This document shows, piece after piece, positions 1-15,711 of a DNA stretch of 64,000 nt (its first letter is position 1; each line of letters opens with the position of its first letter). This stretch comes from Trichosphaerium sp. ATCC 40318 (taxonomy: Eukaryota > Protista > Tubulinea), in assembly GCA_038496445.1 (NCBI GenBank), contig JALMLS010000505.1, positions 62,001-126,000 on the forward strand, written 5' to 3'. Both the position numbers and the translations under genes were made by a program. The notes below the pieces were generated by a model. The model made no database searches. It saw only the letters and a program-made list of their open reading frames with translations, and was not told where the DNA came from.

Positions 1-228
1 TAGTACCGTACGACCTTTTTTTTTACAAGCGTGGAGGCTAACAGCGTAATACTTTTGACAAAAACTGTCTTACAAATGGTGACAGTACAAGTGACTGTGG
101 CAAGTGACTTTAAGTTACTGAGTCTAACTACAAATGCAATACCACGTGACAACAGTGTGGGTAACAGTTTCTAATCTCCTTGATTGTTTAGAGCTTACGT
201 AATATCTAGAATTTCCTTTGTTTCGTTC

Positions 229-2064
229 TTACTTTAGGCTACTCGTGCTTAAGATTGATCTGACATTCCTTGCCAATCGACTGAACAAAGATAAGTATTT
301 AAAACAACGTTCTAACTTTTAATACATACCGCTGACGCGCTGATTTTAATGTTGCAAACTTTGCCCAGTTCCATGCATAGTGAGGTTCTACCAATGATAG
401 TACTTGAGGATAATAAGACAATATACCATTTCCTCCAAGTCGTGATATATCCTCACGAGAAAGAGAATACCTAAAGATTTTGGTTAATAAAACAAGACAT
501 TTCTCTTAAGAATTCTTGTAATTCGTGATTATTATCTGGATATCTTAATTCGTGTACCATTTCTCGGGGTTAGAAATATTAAAGTTATCCCTAACTTGTA
601 ACAAAAAGTTTCTACGGTTATTATCTTTTAGCCAATAATTCTTTTCAGTAAATCCCCATTCATGAGATGGATAAAGTGCTTGAAGTAGTTCTTGCACACT
701 ACCACCATACCTAATACTATGTAAGATTTTGCTAGTGGGTAGTTGATGTAGTTTTGTTACTCTCAATGTCTCGGAAAAAGACTCGTGACAGGTTGATAGA
801 CAAGTTTGTTTGTTGTTGATTTTGGCGTACATTTTTAAGAGACTACTGCCTCCATACTGACGTATGGTTGTTGCCTGCACGTTTCTTAAAGAGTCAACAT
901 CCTTAACACGTATTGAAGCAGAAATAGATTCAAGCGCTTTTAATCTATTAAATCGAGAGTCCCAGTATGTGTGATTGACATGTCTAGTAATTAATTAAGG
1001 TTTAAACAAGGCATAGTGCGTCATTTGATGAGTTTAACGACAATGATAGCGTAAATGTTACTTACGCAAAATCATGTGTACTCCAGTTGTGATTGGGATA
1101 CAAGGTCAGCAATGTATCGATAATAGAATTATTGTATCTGTAACTATGATTTAACAGAATGAAGTAAAGATTTTTGTAACAGTACATTCGTGTTAAACGT
1201 CTGCCACCATGACGAATAGTATCTTTATGCATTATCTGATACCAATCATCTAATTCCTTAACACCCAATTTCTCTGCAATACTATCAAGGAACGTCCTTT
1301 GTGTGTCGAGTTCGCTCCAAAACGCTTGTACAACATTGCTATTTATAAAAATGAACACCAACTCATTACACAGCGACAACCAACCACAGGTGTGGCTTTT
1401 TTCTGCAAATTCAAAAATCATTTTGTGCGCACGTGAATTTAGCAGATGACCATTTGTGTTGTGGGAATACTGCCTTCAGACATTCTTGAAGTGAGTTATT
1501 GTACCTACACCAAAGAGTGTTAACAACCTTTTGATAAATAATCTTATCATACCCGCGTAATAGACCACCTATATCAGAGTTGATGGCTTGTGTTGTGGTG
1601 ACTTCGTACCAACCATCCAAATGTCGCACTTTTAGTCTTTTAGCTAAATCTTCAATACAAGCGCGATGGTTTGTAATTTTAGCCCAGTGTGAGCGAGGGG
1701 CGTGGCTATTGATAGATTTAATATGACAGGTTGTCAAAGGTAATATTATAAGTGCCTGAAACGTAGAGGATGCCATTTAAACTTTGGAAACACTGCTTTT
1801 AAGCATTTTGATATAGAATTTCCGTATCTAACTCTATGAGTACTGGCGATAATGTTTTGAGTAATCTTGTACCGGTGTAGCACTCTACGGGCATTATTTT
1901 CGAATAAATCCTTTGATGTTACACTGTACCAGCCCTGAAGGTCCTTTACGCCTAAATCACGCGCCACAGAGTTCAAAGAGGTTCTTTGTTCCAAAATTAA
2001 TGCCCTCGCCACCCTTTTTGTTAAATTAACGTTGTTCCTCCTCAAACTATTAGTACCCGCTCAT
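229..2064 (-). CDS. Multi-exon helical tandem-repeat protein (about 5 repeats of about 70 aa: W..xxN.R.FLD.IA.KLGVK.LDDWY.V....GG..LL..Y..S....L..(V/L)(F/Y)P.H.W)
   Basis: ORFs 545-880, 1062-1421, 1411-1776 and 1746-2045 each contain parts of the same repeat. GT-AG introns join them in frame. Probable start MSG/VARAL at 2064. Stop at about 229 is uncertain (alternative donor possible). Confidence 0.7.
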
Positions 2065-2284
2065 GCCAATGCAAATCCCATCATCTACAAAATACTCAAA
2101 GTCAACGGATTTTCGTTTGATTTTTTTGAGTTTTTGGGCCCAAAATAGCTATGGTATGTTATTGCGACGTTTGTCATTTTACTCGATACATTGGTTGCTC
2201 GAAATTACATTAATGAGGTTACAAAAAAAGAAAGCAAGGGAGGTTTTGTTTAGTGCCTAAAATTTTTATATTTTCTAGTTTAGA

Positions 2285-3641
2285 TTAAGCTCCCATTGGC
2301 CGAGGTGCCATACTAGGTGTTACAGGAGGAGGTGCATATTGGGTACAATTAGCACACGAAATTCTTCCAAATGAAAACTTCATACAACGGTATGCTAAGA
2401 GGCGTAAGCAACGCTTAATAAATCAAAACAAAAGTTAACAATAACGTACATTCTGTACAGAATGGAGATAGTCCTGTTGGGCTTGATGGAGATACTGGAT
2501 AACATACGCCTTGTTTAGGTTCCCATAAACCATCACTAAATTATAATAAGTAATAACTTTATTTTTTTGACACGTGACACTTTCACAAATGATCGTGTCA
2601 CAGAAAAAATTTCTTATTTTTGTGTTACGCGCGTAATTAAAAAAGACAATGTGGACCACGAATACTCAAAAATTTTCCCTTAATAATACGAATAGGGTAA
2701 AAAAAATTCAACCCAACTATTTCACAATAGTTGGCACACAGTGATTACTTATAAAAGGTTTAAAGTGAAAATAATCAAAACTGATACAAAAATAAAGTTT
2801 TCAGCTTGGCGTTCGCAAGGATGGAAAATTCAAAGTTCTTGTACCATGAATCTGCTGGTGGTTCTTCTGGTAAAGGTTTCCAAGCATATGCAAGTGCAGC
2901 CGTACATACAGCAATCTAGAAAAAAAGTTTTCCAAAAAATCAAGAAAACCTTTGGTTTTGGAAATAAAAAAGAGTGTGTTGTACCTGCACAACTAATAAG
3001 CCAATAATTAGCCATTTGAATTTTGGGTCTAAATCACCATTTTGGTACCATTTATACTTAATTGATAGTCAGAGATTGTACGCCGTTTATGTTGTCATTT
3101 TAATTGGTCACTTAACGTACCAATACAATCAACACTGACATAACGGCAAGAGTTGCTATTCCAGCGATAAAGTGTTGAGGTATCTTATGTACTACACCAA
3201 ACGCTACTGAGCATGATACTGAGAACTAACAGAGACAATAAAGTTAGGGTTGTAAGTTTTGTTACAAAAAACTTTACATAACCGCCAAAAAGGCTAAAAA
3301 AGCGCCTCAAAATGCGTATGCATGTAGTGACGCCTTGGCGGTATATGAAGCTTCGTTAAGTAGCGTACAAGCAACAAAGAAGGCAATCACAAAAACAAAA
3401 GAAGTTTGGGTTTTGAAGGCTCTTAAATATTTGCGTACCAGGGTGAGCAATACAATACCGCCTCCGAGAAGCCATATTACGAGTTTTGTCTGGACAAGCG
3501 TCAGATCTTTACTGACAAAAAAAAGTGGTGTATGCGCTGTATTATTGTGCTTTTAACGACCAACGTGTCGCTCTGACGCAATAACTCGCATAAATTTACT
3601 GGTACCTTTCGCTTCTGTTCTCCAAAAAGTGGTTCGTCCAT
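2285..3641 (-). CDS. TMEM243: TMEM243 (DUF2678)-like membrane protein with C-terminal Cys-rich extension
   Basis: Spliced translation MDEPLFGE...KLVIWLLGGGIVLLTL/FSVSCSVAF...VLIVL/YKWYQNGDLDPKFKWLII matches the TMEM243 motifs PLFGE and WY.xGDL(E/D)PKF. Downstream exons give DSCDGLW...PRPMGA*. Confidence 0.8.
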
Positions 3642-3786
3642 TTGTCGAACTATGCAAGTGGAATGGGTACAATGAAGCGCTGTGGAATTTTCGTACAGTG
3701 ACTTAAAGTTTTTATTGCTCTAAGTACGACACAGAGCGTTACCTCTTTGACATTTCATTCTGTAAAGTTACAAATAACACGAGAGA

Positions 3787-7653
<3,867 letters not shown>

Positions 7654-7790
7654 TAAAAAGAAGTTAGATTGCCGTTATTTTTTGGCGTACACGTATGAGA
7701 AATGATTAAACGTAATGTTTTAACATTCAGAGCACAACAGTGACTTTTCAAAGTTTGCATACACTTTTGTTATTTTGTAGTGCAGTTTAT

Positions 7791-8245
7791 TTAACCATAA
7801 CGAAGTGCCAAGAGGAAACCCAAGCCGAATCCACCTCCAGCAGGCATTGCTGTCGTTAAAATATTCATTGTTTGTCTAGTCCATTGGTTTACCTCTGTTT
7901 GGTCTATTTTACCATCGTTGTTACTGTCTAATGCGGCTACAGATGCATCTTTTACTTTTGACCAGTTCATTGTAATAAAGCCATTGTACGCAAGTAACTA
8001 CAATTAATGAGCGTACAGCGGGTGTTTTTTAGCGTTTTACCTGCAATCCAATGAAACCAATACCAATACTGAAAGCAATAACCTTACCAACCTGTTTCAT
8101 CGCATATCCGCTGCAGAAGCCTAACGAATCTTCGTTTAGTATTTTGAAAAAACTCTAAAAACGTACCACAAACACCGCCGAACGACAGTTTTGATGTGAT
8201 TGGTACAACGTATTTAGTAACAACAGACACGTCTTCTTCGGACAT
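7791..8245 (-). CDS. FUN14: FUN14/FUNDC family mitochondrial outer membrane protein
   Basis: Three exons: MSEEDVSVV..KLSFGGVCGFCSGYAMKQVGKVIAFSIGIGFIGLQLLAYNGFITMNW..LDSNNDGKID..PAGGGFGLGFLLAL. Confidence 0.85.
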
Positions 8246-8555
8246 AGTTGGAGTTTTTTAACCAGACTTAAACAATAAATACATTAAGCTTCGAGAGTAG
8301 TGGATCAGCGAACATTGTCATTTCACCGTTAATCAATAATGGTTTTAGAACTCTTACGTTAATTGTTAGAGTCACGGCCCTCATGACAGCTAGCACATCT
8401 TAGTAAATGGGTGTTAAAGTTGCACGTGATAATAGCTTGAGATGGTTGCAACTCTGAAGTTAAATTGTTCGTAGTTCACATACAGAGTTGACGTTCTCTC
8501 TCACGTGCCTCTACGCCTTTTTAATTGAAGTATCTTCTTTATTGAGCGTTTGTAG

Positions 8556-9676
8556 ACAAAGCGACGGAGAGCACAGTACGTGAATAAAGGTGTACGTCAA
8601 ACTTACTCATTTGTAGACAAGAATCAAGCTCGGATTCAGAATTGTCAGAGCCTCGACAGAAGAAACGAAAACTGTACGTCTTCTTCGAGATCGATTTCTT
8701 TTGCTTTTCGACTTTGGTAACAATTTGTTTCTCAAATCACTTGAAATTTCTTTGCTTACTTAACTTTTTTTTGAAAAACTTTCCAACGTTATATAGTATA
8801 TTTTGTACTTGTGTTAACACGTTGGTGTAGCATCAAAAAACTGATAGCAAAGAGGGTCAGGAATTAGGACTCAAGTTAGGGGAAGTTTATAAAGAAATCT
8901 TAGCTTCTCAGGCTGCTCAAGATCAAAAAATTGAAGCAATGACACAGAAGTTTAAAAAGGAACGGAGGCAGGTGTCGTTTACTCAGTTGTTGATGAGAAA
9001 AACCACAGGATGGTTGTCGTCAAACAAAAATATGGCAACGACGCCCAAAAACGCCTAGAACGTGAAGTAATGATACTAAAGCAACTAAAAGACGTGGAGG
9101 GTGTACCTCACCTGGTAAGTATATTTTTATTACCCATTTTTGTACAAGTCATTAACAGTATTACACCAGCTAAATATGTGAAATCTTAGAAGCTGTACAT
9201 GGCAAAGGATTATGTCATGGGTACCAACACTATTCCTTATTTTAAATAATTAACTTATCTTATGTAGGAGGTTATCAATGGAACATCTTTGTGCAAGTTG
9301 TACTGAAGAGGCATACATCTTACATTGGGGAGGTGCTATGAAACTAGGTACAAAGAAGAAGTATGAGGGCTCTCTACTTTTCGCACCAGATCATGTCATC
9401 ACAGACTACAAGCACAAGAACCAGGTTGTTGAACATACAGCAGCTGATGACCTTGAAACATTAATTCGACTCTTTTACTACTGTTTTACAAAGACAGAGG
9501 TAGAAGCCAGGGATATGCACAAAAGTTGCAATTTATGTTGTGCTCAGGGCAATAGTGAACAGCAGAAGCTTCTCACAAAATATCGGCCTGACATGCCAAG
9601 CAGCTATGTGAGGGCGTTAAAATATGCTAGTGAGCTAAAATATGATGCCATAATTGAATGTTTACAGGTGGCGTAA
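8556..9676 (+). pseudogene. Degenerate protein kinase (Crinkler/FunK1-like C-lobe), 5'-truncated and frameshifted
   Basis: Fragments GVVYSV..MVVVKQK..LEREVMILKQLKDVEGVPHL, ILEAVHGKGLCHG, YILHWGGA (DWG>HWG), YEGSLLFAP, HTAADDLETL. Frameshifts lie between the pieces. Confidence 0.6.
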
Positions 9677-10029
9677 TTAGAGGTGTTAACGAAACAGTTT
9701 TTGTAACAACTAACTGTTTCAGTCTGAATTTGATCACACGTTGCAGATTTTTCAATCAAGTGTTTTGGTAGAGCCGCTGTCGGGCGATAGCGCTTTGAAC
9801 CAAGGATATCTCGAGAGGGCCTTCAAAACAAAAAGGTTAGAAATTTCAAGTTCGCTGATTTGAGAAAAACGAAAGTCAAAAAGCAGAGAAATCGCCGAAA
9901 AAGAAGACTTACAGTTTTCGTTTCTTCTGTCGAGGCTCTGACAATTCTGAATCCGAGCTTGATTGTTGTCTACAAATGAGTAAGTTTGACGTACACCTTT
10001 ATTCACGTACTGTGTCTCCGTCGCTTTGT
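8556..10029. repeat. Inverted repeat pair 8556-8685 / 9901-10029 (about 130 bp, 3 differences), with weaker similarity extending to about 8775 / 9820
   Basis: acaaagcgacggaga(g)cacagtacgtgaataaaggtgtacgtcaaacttactcatttgtagacaa..gaaaactgta.gtcttctt occurs on + at 8556 and on - ending at 9901. Confidence 0.95.
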
Positions 10030-10700
10030 TCGTTTTTTTGGTGTTGGTTTTTTGAGCGCAACGAGGTAGATGTGATAGCGCTCCTTTTTGTACACGTTAC
10101 AGATTGTTGTACACAAAAGGGCTTTGATAAAATAAAAAACTTTTCAATTTGCCAAGAAAAAGTGGAGTTATCATCTGAATCAGAATGGCTGCCACTTCTA
10201 GTTGTGAGCAAATAAGTTATGGTTCAAAAGCGGCTTTTGGCGTACAGGTGTTGTAACAGCTTTATTATTTCGTTGGCAATGATTGTTTTTGTAACCTTCA
10301 GCTTTACAGGTTTCATAAAATCCGTCCTATCACCGAGAGTAACGTATTTATATTGCTGCTCCCAGAGGGTGATAAGCTTTGATTTCGAGCATTGCTTCAG
10401 TTGTGCTACCGTTGGGATACAGTCAGAGCTAGAACAGGTTAGGAGATTCGTTGGTTTGTGGTCATTTTCAGTGATGCAATTAACAACTAGAAGAAAAACA
10501 TAACGCAATTTTTAGGTGTAAAACAAAATTGCAAACTTTAAACGTAGTTTGTTCGTTGTATTGCTTAAAAATGAGTCTTACTAGTTGGTGGAGGACATGT
10601 TGCGTTGTAGGTCTGATTGACGTTAAAATGATTTACCATTTTGTCTACCAAAGTCTCTGTACCAGAATTCCGCTTGTTTTTATTTCCTCGAACAAACAGA
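9820..10700 (-). pseudogene. N-terminal half of a gene (small helical SAP/HeH-like modules) sharing two exons with the kinase remnant
   Basis: Exon-like ORFs 10224-10508 (PTVAQLKQCSKSKLITLW..TKTIIANEII) and 9999-10211 lead into the duplicated QSDGDT and SSSDSELSEPRQKKRKL exons. No downstream catalytic exons on this strand. Confidence 0.45.
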
Positions 10701-10889
10701 AAGGCGTAACTATGAAATATTGAATCCTTTTGTTTTCTATTGTCATAGTAGCCAATAGTGCAACAACCCTTACTTTGTATTTCTAACTATGTAAAGCTGA
10801 AACAACAGGGCACGTGAGAGCAAAACCGCCTGCAAAGCTGAATACAGCACAAGTTTTACAACTATAAAAGCAAATGTTTCGAAAACTAA

Positions 10890-12354
10890 TCACTTTATTT
10901 CAGATATCTTTTTGTAGGAAAGGCATCCTGTCTCATCGTATTCTTCCTTGGAGATACATATTTCTTTCCTGAACGTGGAAAGAGAACCAAGGATTGACCC
11001 ACCGATCCAAGATAAGTGGTCCTCACTAGGAGTACGCACATTGATCTTCATTGGAGTGCGAGGAGCAATATTTTGAAGCTCTTTTTCTAGTCTTTTATCG
11101 AGACCTTTGAACTTTGCAGAACCGCCTGAGAGTACAATATTATTATACAATGGCCTCCAGTTGTCTACTTTACACTTCATAAGTGCGCTATTAACTGTTT
11201 CATGTAAGCCAGTTTCGCTTGGATTCTCAACAATACTTGAAAGCAAGTTTGGTTGGAACATTGCTTCTGTGCATTCGAAACGCTCGTCGCCTATTTTGAT
11301 GGTATCACCTCCAGGTAGTATGTAATGGACTTTCTCATTACTATCAATCTCTTTTTTGAAATCGAGCTGTACATAACAGGTTCTTTCTTTGATATCGCGG
11401 ACTATACGAAGTTCATACCAAGTGGAGAAAGTACCACGTTTTCGTTGATTGAGCAGATTTTTTAAGTACTCGGAAATATGTTGACCACCAATATCTGAGT
11501 GGACGACGCCTTTCTCACATATGGTCCCTTCATAAAAAGGTACGATTCTGGTGATTTGTTCTCCGATATCAATAACAGTTCCTGAGACACAGGGTAAGAA
11601 AGGCAAAAAGTGGAATTTTTTTCTTCAACAACTACCTGTAGTAGATCCTGAGGTGATGAGTGAAAGTGCTTCTTGTTTAGCAATATGCATGGCAGGTACG
11701 TTGAATTTTTCAAACATAATTTGTGTCATCTTTTCCCTACAGAAGCAAGTGTTAACAGTAGAGCGCAGACATGTATAAAGAAGTGAATTGAAATGACTTT
11801 GCAGTTCACTAAAGTGCCTCTGGTTACGTACGTGTTCTCTTTTGGGTTCAAGGTATACTCTGATAATAGAACAGGTTGATTGTCTGGCTCTACTTTAAGC
11901 TCATTGTCAAAAGTATGACGCCACAAGATTTCCATTTCATCCCAGTTAGTTATGACACCCTTTTGAACAGGGTAATTCAATGCACAAATACCACGTTTAG
12001 AGAACACTTCCTCACCAACATAGCATTCTAAAAAAAGCATGTGATTAGAGCTCCGGTATAAACGGACTGTTGCAGGTAAAATTTATAGACTGCTTGGGAT
12101 ACATTTTGATAGACAGCAAAGGCTTGGCCAGTTTATTTTTGTACCTTTAAGCTTTTTGGCTATCTTTTCTTGGCATCCGGGTTTCACGTGACCTACAACA
12201 GACGGAAAGACAACTCTCGGAGCTTCTTCTCCTGCAAAACCAGCTTTACACACGTATGAGCCATTCGTTATAACTACTGAAGGTTCTGTAGGAGTATAAG
12301 TAAGAATGGAAAAACAAGTGCGTATTATAACGTGTAGCGCATACCTTCAGACAT
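10890..12354 (-). CDS. Divergent actin / actin-related protein
   Basis: [106 protein letters not shown]. Confidence 0.9.
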
Positions 12355-12782
12355 TGTGGGCGAAGTACTTACTTTTATTTGTTTACTACTAAGCAGCCTG
12401 TGCTTAAACAAACATGCTTGGTAGAAACTTCGCAAAAATTCTTTGAAAAATAGGTTATCTAAACGGTTTTAATGTGGTTCACATATTCTGCGACATGTTT
12501 ACCACGAGAGGGTACTGTCAGTGTCAACGAGTGAAGCTTGCTTAGCAGTTCGAAACCAAACCCTAAAAAAGGTTACAATTTTTTTTTGTTGAACAAGAGG
12601 CATAGCGCTAGCTCCTACTTTATTAGATTACAGTATGGAAAACACATGCTTTGGTGGTATTCATCATGTACTTTGCATACTTTAAATGGAGGATTCAAAA
12701 GCAAGACTAATACAATATGAACCACGTGAATCAATGCTATTGGTACCTTCTCTTCAACAAAGAAGGCTTTTAGCAAAGATGA

Positions 12783-13500
12783 TTATTCGGTTTTCCATAT
12801 ATCAAGCTCTTGTGCCATCAATTGTATAGCTGCATTAAATTCTCTGTCATCGCGCACTAGACTGGTTCCAATTATATGCCACTTAAGGGTTATAAACTTT
12901 AAGCCATACTTCTCTGTAATCTCTTGAATACTCATTGCCTCAGGTTTATCCTAAAACAATAAATGACTAACTGCATAACCACAAAATCCTTAAAAGTACC
13001 TGTTTGTTTGCAAAAATCATGATTAACGGAGCTACAACCCAGTCATGTCTTATTAATTTTTGAAAGGAAATGGCATCTAAACGAAATTTTGACATGGCAC
13101 GTTTGATTAAATTTAAGCCTCTAACCTTCTTCCATGCCATCAACATCAGTGCTATCTATTACATATATGATCGCTCTAGCCTCTGAGGAGTATCTAGCCA
13201 AAAACAGGGCCGCTGATGAAACACAGAACCTTTTTTTTGCATAAGCTCAGTTGTCTTTTTTTCTTTTTCTGACGTCACGTACTGTTTCAACACTATTTGT
13301 TTACCAGGGTAAGAATGCATTGTTATTGGAGCTCTTATCCAAGGTGCATCGATGCCACGCATTGGCTGTGGAGTTTTATAAAAGTCTGGTGAAAGGAAAT
13401 CAAGTATTATATCGCTCCCTGCGTGAGTTGATCCAGTTAACAGCACTAGCCACTCACTCGTCGTGTAATGAATGTACAGTTTTTGTAAATACCCAAGCAT
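12783..13500 (-). CDS. Divergent Arf/Arl-family small GTPase-like protein (degenerate G1 and G3)
   Basis: Spliced: VLLTGSTHAGSDII ... ARAIIYVIDSTD ... APLIMIFANKQDKPEAMSIQEITEK ... WHIIGTS. The Arf-type C-terminal half with the NKQD (G4) motif is clear. Confidence 0.75.
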
Positions 13501-13647
13501 AGCATTGAAACAAGTAAATAACGCGTTGCGACGTAAAGGTAGAATAGCTGGTTAAGCTGTGGCAAAGATCTTAACGATTTGTCTTAAAACACAAGTTGCT
13601 CAGGTATATTTAGAGCGTATAAACAACAACAAAAGAAGGGTACAACA

Positions 13648-15440
13648 ATGTCAGACGACCCCGTAGTGATTGACAACGGTTCATTTACCATAAAAGCTGG
13701 TTTTTGCGGTGATGATACTCCCAAGATCAGGTTTAGAACACGTACCACAAGTGGTAACGCAACAGGTACCTCCAACATATAATAACAGACTTAACATGTG
13801 GGTTGTTGTTCTGCGCCCTTGTTGTTCAAGAAACAAAGCTTTTATAGCGTGATTACGCGTCTACATAACTTTTTAAACAGTTTGAGAGAGTTTTTTTGGG
13901 AATTGCTTAAACTGTATTTCTCTGACGTTCTATGTGCAGGAAATAGTAGCAGCGATATGGTTTATCCTATTAAAGAAGGAATAATAACAGACTGGGATAA
14001 TATGGAGAAGATATGGAGTAAGACTTACAAAGAGCTTGGAGTTGAAGCAACAGAAAGAAAGTTATTGATGACTGAAGTAGCGTTTAATCCAGAATCAAAC
14101 AGGTAAAACAAAAACAACTTTTTTTTTTGAATTGAAAGCCTTGTTAAATCGAACTCTTTGAGAGTCTCAAACCAAAAACACTCCCGTTCTTTTTCCAAAA
14201 ACTGTTACACATACTTTAATATTAAGCGCACGTGACAAGCTTGTACAGGCAAAAAAGGAAGTCGTTTATAATAATAGAAAACCAAGTAATTTCTTTTTTG
14301 TTTTTTTGGATTTTTTTTGGAGCGTTAATCCCTATCCTAGAGAGAAAATGACAGAAGTGATGTTCGAGAAATTCAACGTACCCGGATTTTATGTAGCAAA
14401 ACGCTCTGTTCTTGCTGTTTATGCTAGTGGGTTTACAACTGGCGCTGTATTCACATCAGGTAGTGATACATCGTATGCTGTATCAGTACATGAAGGTAAA
14501 GTTATACCAAACACAATTTTCAAATATGGAGTGTCAGGATCACATCTTACAGAATATCTTCAAAAATTGCTTGCTGAGAAGCAAGACAATAAGTCGAAGC
14601 ATGACATTGATATTGTTCGTGATATAAAACATAGGCATGTTCAAGTGCCATCTGTTAAGCTTGAATACTCGTTACATATGCCTCTTGGAAACGTTGAACG
14701 TGTACGTATGCATATTATAAGATTTATTTGTTACAATTACTGAGGAGTGAAAAACAACAAAGAAAAAAAAAGAGAAAATTGAGTGTTGTAGAATTTTTTT
14801 TTGACTTTTTTTTTACATAGGCAGTTGGCCTGCTTCTCAATATTTTCTTACGTTTGTTTTAGACAATCAAGCTTCTTAATGGAGAAACTATAAAAGCAAG
14901 CTATGAATTGCATAAATGTGGTGATGCTATGTTTAATTCAGAACCAATAAACGGACAAAACAGTGGTGCACATGAAGCTGTATGTAATTCAATTATGAAG
15001 GCAGATAAAAATTATAGAAAAGTACGTCCACCAATAACTATCAACTGACAGATCAAAAAACAACCTATAAATATTTCTCCTTAACTCAAGTTTATTATCA
15101 TCCCTTCCTTTTTTGGGTTAAAATCTATCCACATACCACGTGATCTGTAAAGTTCTGGGTTGTTAACGGCTGTTATTAGGATCTTTATAAGGCTGTAATA
15201 TTAAGTGGAGGTAACACAAAGACTATAGGTTTTAGAGACAGAATGATGCGTGATCTTTGTACTGTAGCTCCTAAATTCAATATAAAGGTTCGCCATATAG
15301 CTGAACAGGATATTGCCGCATGGACTGGTGGAGCTATACTTTCAAGTGTAAATTCTTGTAGTGTTACACCTTTTTGGATACTACCTGAAGAGTATGAAGA
15401 ACATGGTGCTTCATTTGTACACAAAAGATGTTATAAATAA
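13648..15440 (+). CDS. Divergent actin / actin-related protein with shortened subdomain 2
   Basis: [96 protein letters not shown]. Confidence 0.9.
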
Positions 15441-15711
15441 TATTCATGTATTAACACTGATCAATGACTCGTTTTATCTCTTGCAAGCATGTAACCTCAC
15501 TATAATAGAGTTTTTGTACAAGAGTTAAATGACGAGATGAATTAGGTACTTCAGCAACTCAAAGGGAAAATTCTAGAACTCAATGCTGGTCATGAAGGTA
15601 AAAATATCGAACAACTTTTGTTTTATTTCTTTGATATTTGTACCGTAATATGAACAAAGACGCATTCTATTTGAACACGAAAGTTTGCAAAGTGACAAGT
15701 GACCAAAGCTA

